The position numbers and the translations under genes were made by a program. The notes beneath the pieces were generated by a model, which was given only the letters and a program-made list of their open reading frames with translations, was not told the origin of the DNA and searched no databases. This document shows, in pieces, positions 59,270 through 64,000 of a stretch of 64,000 bases of DNA (position 1 is the stretch's first letter; each line of letters starts with the position of its first letter). The stretch comes from the human T2T-CHM13v2.0 reference genome, Homo sapiens. Location: NCBI RefSeq assembly GCF_009914755.1, contig NC_060930.1. One strand, 5' to 3'.

Positions 59270-62136
59270 CTCCACGGTCAAAGTTGGCTGAATTAAAAGC
59301 TGATTTTCAAGCCCCTGCTTCTTCTTGCTGTCTTTAGTAGCATATGAAGGAATCTAGAGAGGAATTCTAGTGACTCAGGCCCCTAAAAAAACACAGAAAA
59401 AAGTGCCATCCACCCCCTTTCTGGGATCTTCTGTCTTCCCGTGGAGTCTGAGGAGTCGTGGACAGGTAGCTTCCTCTCAGGCCTAAAGCTCGGCTTTCTT
59501 TTGCATTGCATGACCTGATCTCTTTGGCTTCTAGGGTACCAGGGATCACTTTGTACTGTGAGAGAACCACCTTTGTGTGTTCGTATTCAGGGCAACTTGA
59601 AGCTATGCTCCTGGGTGTCCATTCTCAACCATTGTGCTTGAATAAACTTTTAAAACCAGATTCTGACCTTTTTGATTATTTTAGGCTGATACCTCTGAAG
59701 ACGTGCACTGCCCTGCAAGACATACATTATTATTGGGGCAACTTTGTTAGTCCTCTTCATCCCAGTCGGGAGAGCCCCTTCGGGACCACTGGCCCCCAAG
59801 CTACTGTAGCCATGTCCTTGCCGCCCTGATCCCCGCACCCTGCGAAGCTTCTCTCAAGCCCATCTACCAGAGCATGTACCTCAGGACTGCTGCTACCCAA
59901 CCACTCAGGTGCCCTGTGGGCCTGGGAATTCTCTTTCGGTTTTGCAGCTTCAATGGCTAAGCGCTCTTGAGTTTTCCTGAAGTTTCTGTCTGGTGTTTAT
60001 GCTCCTCACTCAGCCCTGGAAGGTAAGGGGCTGGACTCCTTCCCCGGGACCTTCCTGTATCCACACTCCGAATGTCCCTCAGGATCCCTCATCACACTTA
60101 CAGGATGCACGCTGCCTTTCGGGTGGAAAATGGCTCTGATCTTTATACACATTTCCCACTCTGAAGGTGGAGTTTCCCCATTCCCCAGGGGGATGTGTAA
60201 CTCTCTGCACTTTCCTGCTGGGAGTTAAACACTGCTTCTGTCGTTTCCCCTCCTCCTGCCCAACCTTCTTCCCCAGGAAGTTTACTTCCACAAGCACCTT
60301 CATCTTCTGTTCTAGGGGGATTTTGGAGCATTTGGGGCCCTCGGGTGATGGATTGGAAAGTCTTGAGGCACAGGCTGAGTCAACTAAAACCAGTGGATTG
60401 TCAGACAACAGGCCAGGCATCCTCCCCAACAGCAGCTAGAAGTGGGTCTCTGCCAGCCGGTTCCTTCACTCCTTTCAAACACGGGGCTGCCTGACCCTGG
60501 CTCTGCGCTCTCTCAATCTTTTGCTTTCCTCTAGAACAGACCTCTTCCTCCCATCCTCCTCCTGTACCAGTGCTAGGAGCAGCAAACCTGCTCTGTGAAT
60601 CTGCATCTGAATCTTCTTACCTGGCCTTGAGGCTTGTGGCTTCTGGGCCGAATACCAAGTATTTGCCAACACTCAGGGGCCCTCGGGTTACAAGTGAAGG
60701 ACTTTGGGGCAGCGTGGGATTGAAGAGCTGAGCGGGGAAATTCACTGACAAAAGCTTTGAAAACCTGATTCTAAAGCATCCAAACACTATAAAATGTGCC
60801 CGGAGGCTGCAGTGTAGGTGCAGCATAGAGAAAGGCAGAAGGTCATCAGGAGGCTGGAGCTGATGGGGACCTGGCCTGGGGGCGGCTTTGGAGTCTGGAA
60901 AGATCAGAACTATAATGAATTGTTTTGGATGCGGAGACTCTGGTGTCCTGTGTGTGCTCTAAGTTAAGGACCTTATTCATCATTTCAAGGACCTCGGAGA
61001 CTAGTTCTGCATATTTGTGGGATTTATAAATCCTGTTTCAGTCTGTACACCTTTTTCGACCTTTCAGGGTCATCGGCTTTTGTTTTTGTTCTGCCAAGGA
61101 CTAGCCAGGCCACAGAAATCTTGATGAATGGCAACAGCAAGGCAAAGAAAGCAGCTGTCTTCTATCGACACACCCAGGATCCACCTTGTCTCCTGAACAG
61201 TCATCCCCACGGGGAGACCCCCAGAAGGGGTTCCACTTACAAATGATTAAACAGTTAATGACACCTGGGAGTGTGCATTTGCTATTCATTTGTAAAATGG
61301 GTCTGATTTCTCTCCTAGCCTAAAGCTGGCAAGTTCCAGTGATGGGAACCCCTGAGCCTGATTCGCCATGGCAGAGGCCACACAAGCTGCCTTCCTCATT
61401 CACCAAAAAGGCGAGATTTGCTGGAGGGACGCCAAGGTCAGTGGGGGGACACACTCCCGGTGCCATGTGCCTCCCGCCAAGATTTCCTGTCCCTTTGATG
61501 GCAAATCTGCCCCCGTCGTGTGAACAATCACACCATCTGCATGGAGTCTGTGGGACAGAAAATGTACAGCAATAATCCATATATAATGAGTCCCCCTTCA
61601 CTGCCCCCAGCCTTTGCAACTTCCGTGACCACAATTCCTATAGTACACTCTTGGGAAACAGGAAATCCTTGTAAGAGCTGCACAGTAATCACACTGGAGC
61701 TATTTCACAAACTCAAGAACTGAATTGCTTAACAGCAAAGCACAGCTTTTTTTTTTTTAAGGTGCAAAATCAAACGCAGAGCCCAGGGGCAGTTAGAAAC
61801 AGCTGCCTTTCAGGGACCATTTTCTGGAGTAGCAGCCTGTAACCAAAGACTTTTTTTTAACCTAATGAGATTGATACTTCCATGAGAGTGTCTATAGGCC
61901 TGGCATGGTGGGAAGACGTTGTTCCTGCTTGTTTGGCAACAGTTATTTTTTAGGACAGTTGGCAGGACCGACTTAAACAGACCTGTCAGAAAAATGTATC
62001 ATAAAATCAAAGGGCACCCTCTTGCTGCTCAAATGGTTTTCTCACAAAGATAACGAGGGTGGTGGAGTGACTTATGGATATGGTGAGATGATGTCAAGTG
62101 ATGCTAAGTGCAGGTAGCCACAGAAGCATCCAGGTC

Positions 62137-62470
62137 CGAGGTTCCCAAACCTTTTGGTTTCAGCACCACTTTGCACTCTTAAAATCAAAGAGATTTTTTA
62201 AAATGTGAGTTGTATCTGTTGATATTTACCATAGTCAAGATTATAATGGAGAAAATATAAACACACAGGAATACTCAAGCCTGTGTGCCATTAGCGGAGA
62301 GGTGACATCATTACACATCAGATTGCCTCTGGGAAACAACACTGCTCACATACGTGCAAATGACAGTGAAGAAAGCGAAAGGTGTCTTGCAGTATTATAA
62401 AAATAGCTTTGACCTCACAGATGCTTTGAAAGGGTCCCATGGCCCCTGAGGGTCCCCAGAGCACACTTTC
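62137..62470. mobile_element. hAT-Charlie1-family MITE, followed by a partial AluJ (62497-62700)
   Basis: GGTTCCCAAACCTTTTGGTTTCAG...CACTCTTAAAA...GGGTCCCCAGAGCACACTTT. Confidence 0.65.
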
Positions 62471-64000
62471 CTATGTCAGTCAGCATCCAGCACTCCAGGC
62501 TGGGCAACATAGTGAAATGCCATCTCTGAAAGAAAAAAAAAATTAGCTGGGCGTGGTGGCACACAACTGTAATTTCAGCTACTTGGGAGGCTGAGGTGAG
62601 AGGATACCTTGAGCCAAGGAGTTTGAGGCTGCAGTGAGCTATGATTGCACCACAGCCTTCCAGCCTGGGTGACAGACTGAGACTCTCTCTAAAAAATAAT
62701 AATAGTAACTTTTAAAAATATATTTTAAAAACTCAAACATCTAGCACATGAATGTTGTTACATGCTTGGCCTTGTACTAGGTCCTGGGGAAGACACACAA
62801 AATAATATGATGTAGGGACCAAAAAGAATATAAAATGTAGCCCCTGCCTTTGAGCACACTGAAATAAATGCAAAAAATGGAAAACTGCCTAGTGATGCAA
62901 GCTGGTATACAGTAAGTGCCAAATGAGAGTCAGAGCTAAGGTGTATCCCTGGCATTTGGAATAGCAGTCCCTAGGGCCTAAGTGGGGCAAGCCAGGTGTC
63001 TTGGAGAAGGACAGTTTTGTGCTGGGCTTGAAGGAAAGATAGTTGGTTTATGGGAAAGAATGGAATTGGCATCAGAAACTAGGATTCCCCTGGGTCCCAG
63101 TTCTGTCATTAATCAAACGTGTGAACTGGAGCCCATTATGACTTCCCCGGGTGCAAAAGCAGCTGTGACATTTCCAGGTTGCTGATCCTAGCTTGAGTTC
63201 ACCCCTCTCCCTGGCAGACGGCTTGCTGTCTCTTTGCTCACTCATGGTCCAATGTGTACCTCCCCAGGGCCCTGCATACCTCCCCAAGAGTGGCATGTCC
63301 CACCCTTGAACTCAATGCCGCGGCCATTAGCACTGGATAAGCACAAACTCCTGACAGATACACACTTCCCATTGTTTCCACACTGAGTGGTCCTCTCTGT
63401 AAAGGCCTTTGATGTCTTGCGGACCTGGATCTCAGTCCAGGCCCCTCTACTTCCTTGTTCTATAACCTTAGGCAAGTTGCTTAGCTGCTTGGAACCTCAA
63501 TTTGTTTATGTGTGAAATTAAGGGAATAATACCTTACAGCGTTGTGGGGAGAGTTGATTGTCAATCTCTCAATCCAAGACACAGTCCAAAGTGGGGACTT
63601 TCAAGTTAGAGCTGCAATTCATCATCCATCTCTGGTAGGCTGTACATACAACATAGTTGCAAGCAACACAAGTTATGAAATATAATATTGGATTAACTGA
63701 TTTATTTGTTTCAAATTTTAAATCACCACAGAACTGGGTCATCATGGAAAGATAAAAAAGAAATAGAAAAACAAATACTACTGATCCTACTAAACCTCCC
63801 CAAGAAGAGAAAATAAGAGAAAGAGAAAAAGACTATGAGTGCTGTAACTTTACAAGGTTTTAGACACTTTTCGATTTTCATAAGTAATCACAAATCCTTA
63901 TTTATACCTTTCTTGATACTGCGGAATATTACTTATGAGGACTAGTAATACCCAGTATGCAATGATTTACTCAGAAGCAGAAGTTGGAAAGTCACAGAAG

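Overview
Primate, almost certainly human, genomic DNA (Alu/L1/L2/MIR/MaLR-rich, CpG-depleted). It contains one real protein-coding sequence: the uninterrupted 325-aa ORF of the MAS1 GPCR (14730-15707, +). From memory, this places the window at 6q25.3, running from MAS1 toward IGF2R, which is not reached. The sequence supports a splice acceptor 36 nt before the MAS1 ATG, an upstream 207-nt non-coding exon (6960-7166) loaded with uORFs, and a probably very long 3' UTR. The rest is intronic or intergenic and dominated by interspersed repeats: about 20 Alu/FLAM copies, LTR8, a THE1 provirus nested in an MLT1 LTR, an MST provirus, a MER57-type ERV remnant, Tigger3, MADE1 and others. There is also a ~440-bp polypyrimidine tract and a ~1.4-kb AT-rich minisatellite. 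I see no convincing novel gene or novel system; the best leads are regulatory or structural features around MAS1. Repeat subfamily names come from recalled consensus sequences and repeat boundaries are approximate.
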